In this document: in pieces, positions 17,241 through 24,364 of the stretch
Numbering within the stretch: position 1 is the stretch's first letter
How the letters are laid out: the number at the start of each line of letters is the position of its first letter
DNA from: Acidimicrobiaceae bacterium
GTDB taxonomy: Bacteria; Actinomycetota; Acidimicrobiia; Acidimicrobiales; JACDCH01
Direction of reading: 5' to 3'
Assembly (NCBI GenBank): GCA_041166685.1
Contig: JBEEGD010000065.1
Span: forward strand, 1 to 35,878
DNA: 35,878 nt
Position numbers and translations under genes: made by a program
Notes under the pieces: model-generated
Databases searched by the model: none
What the model was told of the DNA's origin: nothing
The model's input: only the letters and a program-made list of their open reading frames with translations

Positions 17241-17474
17241 GTGCTCAGCGATCTTGTGCTCATCACGTACGTGCTGGGGCGATCAGCGGCCAGCCGTGTT
17301 CGCGAACGCTTCGGCGGCGACGACCGAGGAGAAGGTGTGATCTCTACGGCGATTGCTGTCCTCATCGTCGCGTTCTTGGGCGCAGCGATGTACGTCATCT
17401 TCACCCAGATCCTCACCAGTTCGGGATCGAAGGCCAGTACGCAAGTGAACAACATCGGTGGCGGCGGTCCCTGA
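17241..17474 (+). CDS. Flp/DUF4244-like prepilin (candidate major pilin)
   Basis: GTG 17241 is preceded by the RBS AGGAGGA (17231-17237). The 77-aa product has a charged leader ending ..GGDDRG, then the hydrophobic helix EGVISTAIAVLIVAFLGAAMYVIF. It lies immediately after tadC. Confidence 0.6.
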   Translation: MLSDLVLITYVLGRSAASRVRERFGGDDRGEGVISTAIAVLIVAFLGAAMYVIFTQILTSSGSKASTQVNNIGGGGP

Positions 17475-17862
17475 CAGGAGGAGCAGGGATCGGGGTGCCG
17501 GTCTGCTCAGCACATCGTTCGGCATCCTCTTCTTCCTCGGGTTCCTGTTCTTCGCCGTACAACTTCTCTTCAACCTCTACGCGACGTCGGTCGTGACGTC
17601 GGCGACGTACGACGCCGCCCGGAGTGTCGCTGCCAGCGGGCATCCCGCGACCGCGACCGACGCCGCGGAGGCGCGTGCTCGTGAGGCGCTCGGCAGCTAC
17701 GCGAGCCGCGTGACCTTCACCTGGGATCTTGCGGACCCTGAGGTCGTGAAATTGAGGGTCACCGCCGTGAACCCACGCTTTCTCGGTCCCGCGATCGATT
17801 CACTGGTCGGCTTCGACGTGATCGATCGAACGGTCGTCGTCCGCGTCGAGAAGTTCACATGA
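17458..17862 (+). CDS. TadE-like pilus assembly protein / minor pseudopilin
   Basis: ..SRDRGAGLLSTSFGILFFLGFLFFAVQLLFNLYA.. is a TadE-type N-terminal segment. The GTG start overlaps the pilin gene by 17 nt. Confidence 0.7.
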   Translation: MAAVPDRRSRDRGAGLLSTSFGILFFLGFLFFAVQLLFNLYATSVVTSATYDAARSVAASGHPATATDAAEARAREALGSYASRVTFTWDLADPEVVKLRVTAVNPRFLGPAIDSLVGFDVIDRTVVVRVEKFT

Positions 17863-18317
17863 GGGCGCACTGGCGAGATGACGGCGGTCAGGTCGCCGGT
17901 ATAGAGGCCGTTCCGTTCGGGATCCTTTTGTTCGTCGTCGGTGCGCTGCTCATCGCCAATGCTTGGGCGGTGATCGATGTCAAGATGGCCGTCAACTCCG
18001 CGGCGCGCGAGGCCGCGCGCAGCTACGTCGAGGCCCCCGACCATTCCCAAGCCGTTCAGGCCGCCGACCGGGCCGCTCACGAGGCGATGGTCGCCCACGG
18101 GCGAAACACGAACCTCGTCACCGTCGAAGGACCCAGCGACCTGAGCGCGTTCACCCGCTGCAATCGAGTGGCGTTCACGGTTTCCTACCCCGTGCCCGCG
18201 ATCACACTCCCTTTTATCGGCGGGTTCGGCAGCGGATTCACCGTGAAGGCAACCCATTCCGAAATCGTCGACCCCTTCCGCAACGACGTCCCGGGTGAAG
18301 CGGTGTGCGGTGCGTAA
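17859..18317 (+). CDS. TadE-like pilus assembly protein / minor pseudopilin
   Basis: The start overlaps the upstream gene as ATGA. ..RDDGGQVAGIEAVPFGILLFVVGALLIANAWAVID.. is a TadE-type hydrophobic N-terminus. Confidence 0.7.
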   Translation: MRAHWRDDGGQVAGIEAVPFGILLFVVGALLIANAWAVIDVKMAVNSAAREAARSYVEAPDHSQAVQAADRAAHEAMVAHGRNTNLVTVEGPSDLSAFTRCNRVAFTVSYPVPAITLPFIGGFGSGFTVKATHSEIVDPFRNDVPGEAVCGA

Positions 18318-18747
18318 ACCTTTGCGTAGTCGCGACCGCGGCACGGTCCTCATGCTGATGCCCGCGGCCGTACTCGTACTCCTCATGCTCGGCGGTATCG
18401 CCTTCGACTACGCCCACCTCTATCTCGCGAAGCGCGAGCTGTCGACGGTGGCCGAAGCGGCGGCCAACGACGCCGTCACGCACGGAGTCGACCAAGCGGC
18501 GGTGCGCCGGGGCGCCGGCTACGTCCTCGATCCCGCACTGGTCGTGGACTCCGTGACCGCGTCCGTCGCGACGCACTCGCCCGAACTGCACTTCATCGGC
18601 GCTCCTCAAGTCGAGATCGTGTCCCCCACACAGGTCAGGGTCACGATCGTCGCCAGCATCGATTACGTCTTCACCCGAGCCATACCAGGCACCCCCGGAT
18701 CGGAAACCGTGCGGGTGACAGCGATCGCCGAAGCCCGAACGGGCTAG
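18295..18747 (+). CDS. TadE/TadG-like pilus assembly protein
   Basis: ..SRDRGTVLMLMPAAVLVLLMLGGIAFDYAHLYLAKREL.. resembles a TadE/G N-terminal domain. The start is ambiguous (GTG 18295, GTG 18310 or TTG 18322), and all candidates lie upstream of the DRG motif. Confidence 0.7.
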   Translation: MKRCAVRKPLRSRDRGTVLMLMPAAVLVLLMLGGIAFDYAHLYLAKRELSTVAEAAANDAVTHGVDQAAVRRGAGYVLDPALVVDSVTASVATHSPELHFIGAPQVEIVSPTQVRVTIVASIDYVFTRAIPGTPGSETVRVTAIAEARTG

Positions 18748-18763
18748 CTGCTTACATTCCTTC

Positions 18764-18792
18764 TCGACAACTTTCAGTATTTCTTGTACCGT
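18764..18792 (+). promoter_or_regulatory. candidate promoter for the pseudokinase-LysM pair (leaderless geometry)
   Basis: A -35-like TCGACA (18764-18769), a 17-nt spacer and a -10-like TACCGT (18787-18792, TANNNT) lie in an AT-enriched 52-bp gap. The ATG at 18800 sits about 8 nt after the -10 and has no Shine-Dalgarno sequence. Confidence 0.3.
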
Positions 18793-18799
18793 CTCAGAG

Positions 18800-20107
18800 A
18801 TGAGCGCGCGGGTGGTGTCCGCGGTCGACACCAGCGGTTGTTTGGTAGCCCGAAAGCGGTCGCGGGACGACGCCGACGCCGTTCGACTCACCCACGAGGC
18901 GGACGTCCTGACTGCTGCCCAGCACCCCGGTGTCGTCGAGTTCGTGCGCTGCGAACGCGACGACACCGGGGTCGCGCTCGTCACGAACTTCGTCGGCACG
19001 CACTCGCTCGACACCCTTGGGCACGTCACCGTCGAGCGCGCCGCTGGTCTCATCGCCGCGCTGGCCGAGACCGTCGCAGATCTGCACGACTTGGGCATTG
19101 TCCACGGCCGCATCGATCCGTCACACGTCGTGATCGGGCCTGGAGGACGACCCGTGCTGTGCGGCTTCGCCGGTGGTGGCCGGATCAATATGACCCCTCC
19201 TCCTGGGCCTTCCGCCGCCCCGGGGTTCTGCGATCCGGCCACCACCGATGAAGCCGCCCTCACGCCTTCGGTCGATGTGTTCTCCCTCGGGGCCCTGCTT
19301 CGGGCATTGGTCATCGAGTGCGGTTCGGATGTCGAGCCGATTCCCGAACGCCGCATCACGCTCGGTCGACTTCGGGCACCGTGGTCGGGCTACCACCGAC
19401 GAGCGCTGCTCACACTCGCCGATCGCGCAACCGACGAGTCACCGCTTCGGCGACCGCCGGCTCGACGGCTCGCCGCCGACATCCACGACACTGTCCCCAC
19501 CGCGTACCTCGATCGCATGTCGGAAGACACAGCCTCGGCTTCGGCGCCTGGAGCCCACGATCCTGAGCCGTCACGAGGCGGCCGCGCCGCCACGCTGGCA
19601 GCGATCGGTGCCGCGCTCGTGATCATCGTGTTTGGTGTCACCGGCCTACGCGGAGGCGGATCCGTCGCCGCGTCGAGCGAGGTCCTCCGTTCGACGATCG
19701 ACAGTGCGCCCCCAACCAGCGTCGATCCTGCGTCCACCCCGGGCTGTCCCAGCGCGGACAGCAAGGTTGCGGTCGACTTCGATGGCGACGGCTGCCCCGA
19801 TCCGGCGTACGTGGATGACAGCGGGGTTGTCGTGGTCGGTGCCCGCCGCTTCTCGGCCGGCACGGCGGGCGATCGCGTCACGCTTGGCGACTGGAACTGC
19901 GATGGCGTGGCCACCCCGGCCGTGCTGCGGCCGGCGACGGGCGCGGTGTTCGTTTTCGACAAATGGACTACCGGAACCGCAGATGTCTCCGTCTCACCGA
20001 CCACGGTCGTCATCGGCGCGGTCGACGTGCAAGCACGCGACGACTCTCGAAGTTGCTCGACGCTGATCATCATCCGCGACGACGGCACCGAACAGGAGAT
20101 CAACTGA
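18800..20107 (+). CDS. membrane-anchored Hanks-type pseudokinase with FG-GAP/VCBS-like extracellular domain
   Basis: The kinase fold is recognisable: LVARK (VAIK-like), EADVL..HPGVV, LVTNFVGTHSL, DVFSLGALL and ..SPLRRP... The catalytic loop reads HGRIDPSH (19103-19126) instead of HRDxKPxN. DFG is replaced by CGF (19160-19168) and there is no Gly-rich loop. A TM helix AATLAAIGAALVIIVFGVTGL follows, then an ectodomain with DFDGDGCPD and GDWNCDGV. Confidence 0.8.
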   Translation: MSARVVSAVDTSGCLVARKRSRDDADAVRLTHEADVLTAAQHPGVVEFVRCERDDTGVALVTNFVGTHSLDTLGHVTVERAAGLIAALAETVADLHDLGIVHGRIDPSHVVIGPGGRPVLCGFAGGGRINMTPPPGPSAAPGFCDPATTDEAALTPSVDVFSLGALLRALVIECGSDVEPIPERRITLGRLRAPWSGYHRRALLTLADRATDESPLRRPPARRLAADIHDTVPTAYLDRMSEDTASASAPGAHDPEPSRGGRAATLAAIGAALVIIVFGVTGLRGGGSVAASSEVLRSTIDSAPPTSVDPASTPGCPSADSKVAVDFDGDGCPDPAYVDDSGVVVVGARRFSAGTAGDRVTLGDWNCDGVATPAVLRPATGAVFVFDKWTTGTADVSVSPTTVVIGAVDVQARDDSRSCSTLIIIRDDGTEQEIN

Positions 20108-20859
20108 TGAAACGCGGAGCCTTCTTCACGCGGTGGATCGGCTCGATGATCGCGCTCATCGTCGCCGTGACGTGGTTGCACCGACTCGGCCAAGGCGACC
20201 TGGCCGCGCCGCCCTGGTCAATCGACGGCCTGCGCGAGTGGCTCGACCATCGCGAGACGATTGTTGCGGCATTCGCCTTGGTTCGTCTTGTGGCGCTCGG
20301 TTTCGGGGTGTACCTGCTGGCTCTCTCGGTGTGCGGCGGTGCGGCTCGTTGCTTCGCGTTCGAACGAATGGCGACGTTCGTCGACCGGCTCACCCTTCCA
20401 TTCGCGCGGGGGTTGCTCGGCGGGATGGCACTGCTCGGCGTGATGGCCTCGCCACCGCAATTGCAACCACGGGGTCCCGACGCGATGGTCGAGCTGCCTC
20501 CCGAGTCCGATTCGACCACGTCGACGGTCGCGCCCGACACCGCCGTGCTGCACGACACCTCCGCGCCGACCGAGGCTCACGCGACGCTGCAGCTACTTCC
20601 CGAGGCGCCCGCACTCACGGCGCCCGTTTCGGCCAGCCCGAACGACGACACTTGGGTCGTGCAGCACGGCGAGAGCCTGTGGTCAATCGCGACCGAGCAC
20701 CTTGCGGATGCGATCGGGCACGAGGTGGGTGAGCGCGAGGTCGCTCCGTACTGGCGCCGGGTCGTCGAGGTCAACCGACCGAACCTCGTGAACCCTCACG
20801 ACGCCGATCTGCTCTTCGCCGGTCAGGTCATCGCGTTGCCAGCGGTCGTCTCCGGTTGA
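20107..20859 (+). CDS. LysM-domain membrane protein
   Basis: ATG 20107 shares its A with the pseudokinase stop (TGATG). TM helices are present (GSMIALIVAVTWL, IVAAFALVRLVALGFGVYLLALSV, GLLGGMALLGVMA). The C-terminus is LysM-like (TWVVQHGESLWSIATEHL...YWRRVVEVNRPNLVNPHDADLLFAGQVIALP). Confidence 0.8.
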   Translation: MKRGAFFTRWIGSMIALIVAVTWLHRLGQGDLAAPPWSIDGLREWLDHRETIVAAFALVRLVALGFGVYLLALSVCGGAARCFAFERMATFVDRLTLPFARGLLGGMALLGVMASPPQLQPRGPDAMVELPPESDSTTSTVAPDTAVLHDTSAPTEAHATLQLLPEAPALTAPVSASPNDDTWVVQHGESLWSIATEHLADAIGHEVGEREVAPYWRRVVEVNRPNLVNPHDADLLFAGQVIALPAVVSG

Positions 20860-21938
20860 CGGAGGCGCAGCGCGACCTCGTTGGCCAACAGCCGACCATG
20901 CAGCGTGAGCACCATCTGGCCGTCGTCGTTGGCGACGAGAAGTCCGTCGAGGTCCTCGTCATTCGGGAGAGCACTGGCCGGAACGCCTGCGGCGGTGCGG
21001 AGCGCGAGCTGCAGACCCTCGAGTGTGCGCGCCTCCTCGTCGAGACGCTCGTTTCCCGCTTCTGGCGACCTTCGGCCTTCAACCGCGTCGATGTAGCGCT
21101 CCGGAGTGCGAACGTTCCACCACCGACGCCCGTCGCGATGCGAGTGCGCTGCGCATCCGACGCCGAGGTACTCGCCCTGCGTCCAGTACAGGAGGTTGTG
21201 ACGACACTCGTGGCCCGGACGAGCCCAGTTCGAGATCTCGTACCACCGGAGTCCGGCACGATCGAACATCTCGGTGGCGATCGCGTACTTGTCGGCCTGG
21301 TCGTCGTCATCGGGATGACGGGCTTCGTCGTCGGCCAGAGGTGTTCCCGGCTCGACGGTCAACGCGTACGCACTCACGTGGGGTGGGTTCAGCGCAAGCG
21401 CTTCTTCGAGCGTCACGCGCCAGTCGGCGACCGACTCCCCGACTCCCCCGTAGATGAGATCAACGTTGAACGTCTCGAAACCCGCCTCGTGGACGAGCGC
21501 CACTGCGCGCCGCACGTTCGCCGGGTCGTGCGTGCGACCGAGGGTCTCGAGCACGTGCGGCACCATCGACTGCACGCCGATCGACACGCGGTTGACACCA
21601 GCCGACCGGTACGCCGCGAGCAACTCGGGTGTCACCGTGTCGGGGTTGCACTCGATCGTGACCTCGGCGTCCGGCCGGCGAGGGATCGCTCCCACCACCT
21701 CCATCAACAGCGCCGCGGGCACGAGTGACGGCGTGCCTCCGCCGAAGAAGACGCTCGTGGCGGGCGGTGCACCGTCTGCGACCATCCGGTCGATGTCGTC
21801 TCGACAGGCGCGCAGGTACCGCTCGACGAGGTGACCGCGATCCGTCCAGGTCGCGAATGCGCAGTAGTCACAGCGCCGCGCGCAGAACGGCACGTGGACG
21901 TAGTAGCCGAACGTGCCCTCGGTCAGCTGGTGAGGCAC
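20823..21938 (-). CDS. hemW: radical SAM family heme chaperone HemW (HemN-like, oxygen-independent coproporphyrinogen oxidase family)
   Basis: YVHVPFCARRCDYCAF is the CxxxCxxC radical SAM motif, followed by ..FFGGGTPS.. and a HemN C-terminal domain. I chose GTG 21938. GTG 21995 is possible but would overlap the upstream gene by 73 nt. Confidence 0.9.
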   Translation of the reverse strand: MPHQLTEGTFGYYVHVPFCARRCDYCAFATWTDRGHLVERYLRACRDDIDRMVADGAPPATSVFFGGGTPSLVPAALLMEVVGAIPRRPDAEVTIECNPDTVTPELLAAYRSAGVNRVSIGVQSMVPHVLETLGRTHDPANVRRAVALVHEAGFETFNVDLIYGGVGESVADWRVTLEEALALNPPHVSAYALTVEPGTPLADDEARHPDDDDQADKYAIATEMFDRAGLRWYEISNWARPGHECRHNLLYWTQGEYLGVGCAAHSHRDGRRWWNVRTPERYIDAVEGRRSPEAGNERLDEEARTLEGLQLALRTAAGVPASALPNDEDLDGLLVANDDGQMVLTLHGRLLANEVALRLRQPETTAGNAMT

Positions 21939-22453
21939 AGTCCCAGGTCGTCGAGGCGTTCGACGGCCTGATCGAGACCTGTATCGAGGATGCACGCGAT
22001 CGCGCGCAGGTCATCACGCCGCACCGTGAGCATGCGCCCATTGAAGTCCTGCCGTTGCACTTGGATCATCTGCAGGTAACGCACGAGCATTTGCGATGCC
22101 GCCGAGTCGAGGTCACGCAAGCGACCCAAATCGATGGTCACGGCCATGCGCGCATCTCGCTGGCCAGCCTCGGTCAGGTCGAGCACGTCCGTGCCGGAGG
22201 TGTCGCCTTCTTCTCGAGGAAGGAGTTGGTCCACGGGCACGGCATAGAAACGAGCGAGCCGCTGCAGTCGGGGCACGGAGATGGCGCGCTCACCGCGCTC
22301 GTAGGCGCCCAGCACCGAGGCCTTGAACTCTTGGCGCGATGCGGCCTCGACGTCTTGGAGCGAAAGGCCCTTTTGACGGCGAATTGCCCGGAGCCGCTCG
22401 CCTACCTTCCGACCGTATCCGGTCGGGTCTTCGAGCTGTTCGTCCTCTGGCAC
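21923..22453 (-). CDS. bldD: BldD-like XRE-family transcriptional regulator with c-di-GMP-binding signature
   Basis: The N-terminal HTH (KVGERLRAIRRQKGLSLQDVE..SVLGAYERGERAISVPRLQRLARFYAVPVDQLLP) closely parallels Streptomyces BldD as I recall it. The C-terminal domain (..LVRYLQMIQVQRQDFNGRMLTVRRDDLRAIACILD) carries RQD-X8-RRDD (22010-22054), the RxD-X8-RxxD motif. GTG 22453 is preceded by a GGAGGG RBS. Confidence 0.8.
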   Translation of the reverse strand: MPEDEQLEDPTGYGRKVGERLRAIRRQKGLSLQDVEAASRQEFKASVLGAYERGERAISVPRLQRLARFYAVPVDQLLPREEGDTSGTDVLDLTEAGQRDARMAVTIDLGRLRDLDSAASQMLVRYLQMIQVQRQDFNGRMLTVRRDDLRAIACILDTGLDQAVERLDDLGLCLTS

Positions 22454-22546
22454 GGGTTCCCTCCACCGTCGGGGACGCCCAAGGCAGCGATCACGCGCTG
22501 TCCTCCCCAACAGGCCAATCTAAACGGAATCGCCCACCTGGGGCAA

Positions 22547-23242
22547 TCACCCTCCGTGACCGTCGACCGATTCGAAGAGTGCCGATCGCAGTCCACACAT
22601 CGCGGCACCACCCACAATCGTGGCCGTTTCGGCCCGTAGCACCGTGGGACCGAGACCCACTGTGGTGAGACCGGCGGCGCGTTCACGGTCCGACCACCCC
22701 CCTTCGGGGCCCACGAGCAGAACTGGCCACTCGAGGTTCGGGGGCCGCCCACCCCGGTCGGCGAGCGCCGCACCGCCGCGGGCAGCCACCTCATCGAAGC
22801 GGCGCAACGGCTCGACCGTGGGCAGCCACGCCCGCCGGCTCTGCATGGCCGCCTCCCGGGCCACGGTGCGGAGGCGCTCGAGTTGGCGAGCCGACTTGGC
22901 TTCGTCCCATTGCACGACCGATCGATCGGCCATGAACGGCACGATGCGGTCGACCCCGAGCTCCGTCAGCTTCTGCACCGCCCATTCGGGCCGATTCCCC
23001 TTGACGAGCGCGAACGCCACCGTGAGCTCGGGTTGTGGACGGTCCTCGTGCTCGATGGGCCCGAGTACTTCGAGCGGACTACCGAACCGGCACCGCCGCC
23101 ATCCACCGGCACCATCGCTCACCGTCATTTCATCGCCTGGAAACACCCGCAAAACGCGCTCGAAGTGATGATGGTCGGCATCGAGGAGCGAGGGGGCATC
23201 CAGATCCACGACAAATCCGTGGGCCTTGCCGGCGGGCTCCAC
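22547..23242 (-). CDS. rsmE: 16S rRNA (uracil1498-N3)-methyltransferase RsmE
   Basis: An N-terminal PUA-like region (..HHFERVLRVFPGDEMTVSDGAG..) is followed by the SPOUT C-terminus ..LLVGPEGGWSDRE... The GTG start lies immediately after the dnaJ stop. hrcA-dnaJ-rsmE synteny is conserved. Confidence 0.9.
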   Translation of the reverse strand: MEPAGKAHGFVVDLDAPSLLDADHHHFERVLRVFPGDEMTVSDGAGGWRRCRFGSPLEVLGPIEHEDRPQPELTVAFALVKGNRPEWAVQKLTELGVDRIVPFMADRSVVQWDEAKSARQLERLRTVAREAAMQSRRAWLPTVEPLRRFDEVAARGGAALADRGGRPPNLEWPVLLVGPEGGWSDRERAAGLTTVGLGPTVLRAETATIVGGAAMCGLRSALFESVDGHGG

Positions 23243-24361
23243 TTACTTGAACGCGGAGCGAATGCGTGAAAAGAAGCCGCTGTCTGCAGGCGCCACATCG
23301 TCGCCTCGCAGCTCGGCCAGTTGTCGCACGGTCTCCTCTTGTTCCGGCGACAAGTCGGTCGGTGTGTCGACCACGATCTGAACAAGAAGGTCACCCCGCC
23401 CGCGTCCTTCGACGTGGGGGACCCCTCTCCCACGTAGACGAAAAACGCGACCGGTCTGCGTGCCGCGCGGCACGACGAGGTCTTCCGCGCCATCGAGAGT
23501 GTCGAACGCAAACTGCGCACCGAGAGCGGCCTGCGTGAAGGGCACGTGCAGCTCGTGAACGAGGTCGTATCCGTGCCGTTGGAATCGCGGGTGGCTCGCA
23601 GCCTTCACGTGGACATAGAGGTCGCCGTAACCGCCACCGCGGATGCCCGCGGCCCCTCGTCCTGCCAATCGCAGCGTCGATCCCGTGTCGACTCCCGCGG
23701 GGACGTCCACGGTGTAGGTCTTCTCGCAGATCTGGCGACCCTCCCCGCGGCAGTCCGGACACGGACGCTCGATGACCTGACCCATTCCGCCGCACTGCGT
23801 GCAGGCTCCGGCGGTCACCATCTGGCCGAGGATCGATTGCCGCACGCGCCGCACTTGGCCCGTGCCGCTGCATTGTGGACACTGCTGTGCGCTGGATCCG
23901 GGCGCCGCACCGGACGCCTCACACGTCTCGCACGCGACGGCTGTGCGCACCGTGACGGGGTGTTCGCCGCCGAACACTGCGAGCTCGAAGTCGACCTCGA
24001 CCACGACCTCGAGGTCTTGGCCCCGCGGCGGACCAGCGCGACCTCCCCCGCCAAACCCGGTCGCGCTGCCGCCGAAGAACGCGTCGAAGATGTCGCCGAG
24101 GCCACCGAAGTTGCCCCCGACGTTGAACGGGTCGCTTGCCGACGCGGCTGCACCCTCCGGACCGAACCTGTCGTAACGCCGACGACGCTCAGGATCGGAA
24201 AGCGTCTCGTAGGCCAGGGTCACTTCCTTGAACTGCGCCTCGGCCGCCGGATCATCGGGGTTGGTGTCGGGATGGAGCTCGCGCGCTCGTTTGCGGTAGG
24301 CGCGCTTGAGCTCGTCTTGGGTGGCGTCGCGACGTACGCCGAGCAGCTCGTAGTAGTCCAC
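23243..24361 (-). CDS. dnaJ: molecular chaperone DnaJ
   Basis: It has a J-domain (DYYELLGVRRDATQDELKRAYRKRARELHPDTNP), a G/F-rich region and four CxxCxGxG zinc motifs (CETCEASG, CPQCSGTG, CTQCGGMG, CPDCRGEG). Confidence 0.97.
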   Translation of the reverse strand: MDYYELLGVRRDATQDELKRAYRKRARELHPDTNPDDPAAEAQFKEVTLAYETLSDPERRRRYDRFGPEGAAASASDPFNVGGNFGGLGDIFDAFFGGSATGFGGGGRAGPPRGQDLEVVVEVDFELAVFGGEHPVTVRTAVACETCEASGAAPGSSAQQCPQCSGTGQVRRVRQSILGQMVTAGACTQCGGMGQVIERPCPDCRGEGRQICEKTYTVDVPAGVDTGSTLRLAGRGAAGIRGGGYGDLYVHVKAASHPRFQRHGYDLVHELHVPFTQAALGAQFAFDTLDGAEDLVVPRGTQTGRVFRLRGRGVPHVEGRGRGDLLVQIVVDTPTDLSPEQEETVRQLAELRGDDVAPADSGFFSRIRSAFK

Positions 24362-24364
24362 CGC

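Noticed and set aside
18238-19359. 373-aa minus-strand ORF opposite the last tad gene and the pseudokinase
   Set aside because: It is an antisense shadow ORF. The plus-strand frames show TadE-like and kinase-fold subdomains.
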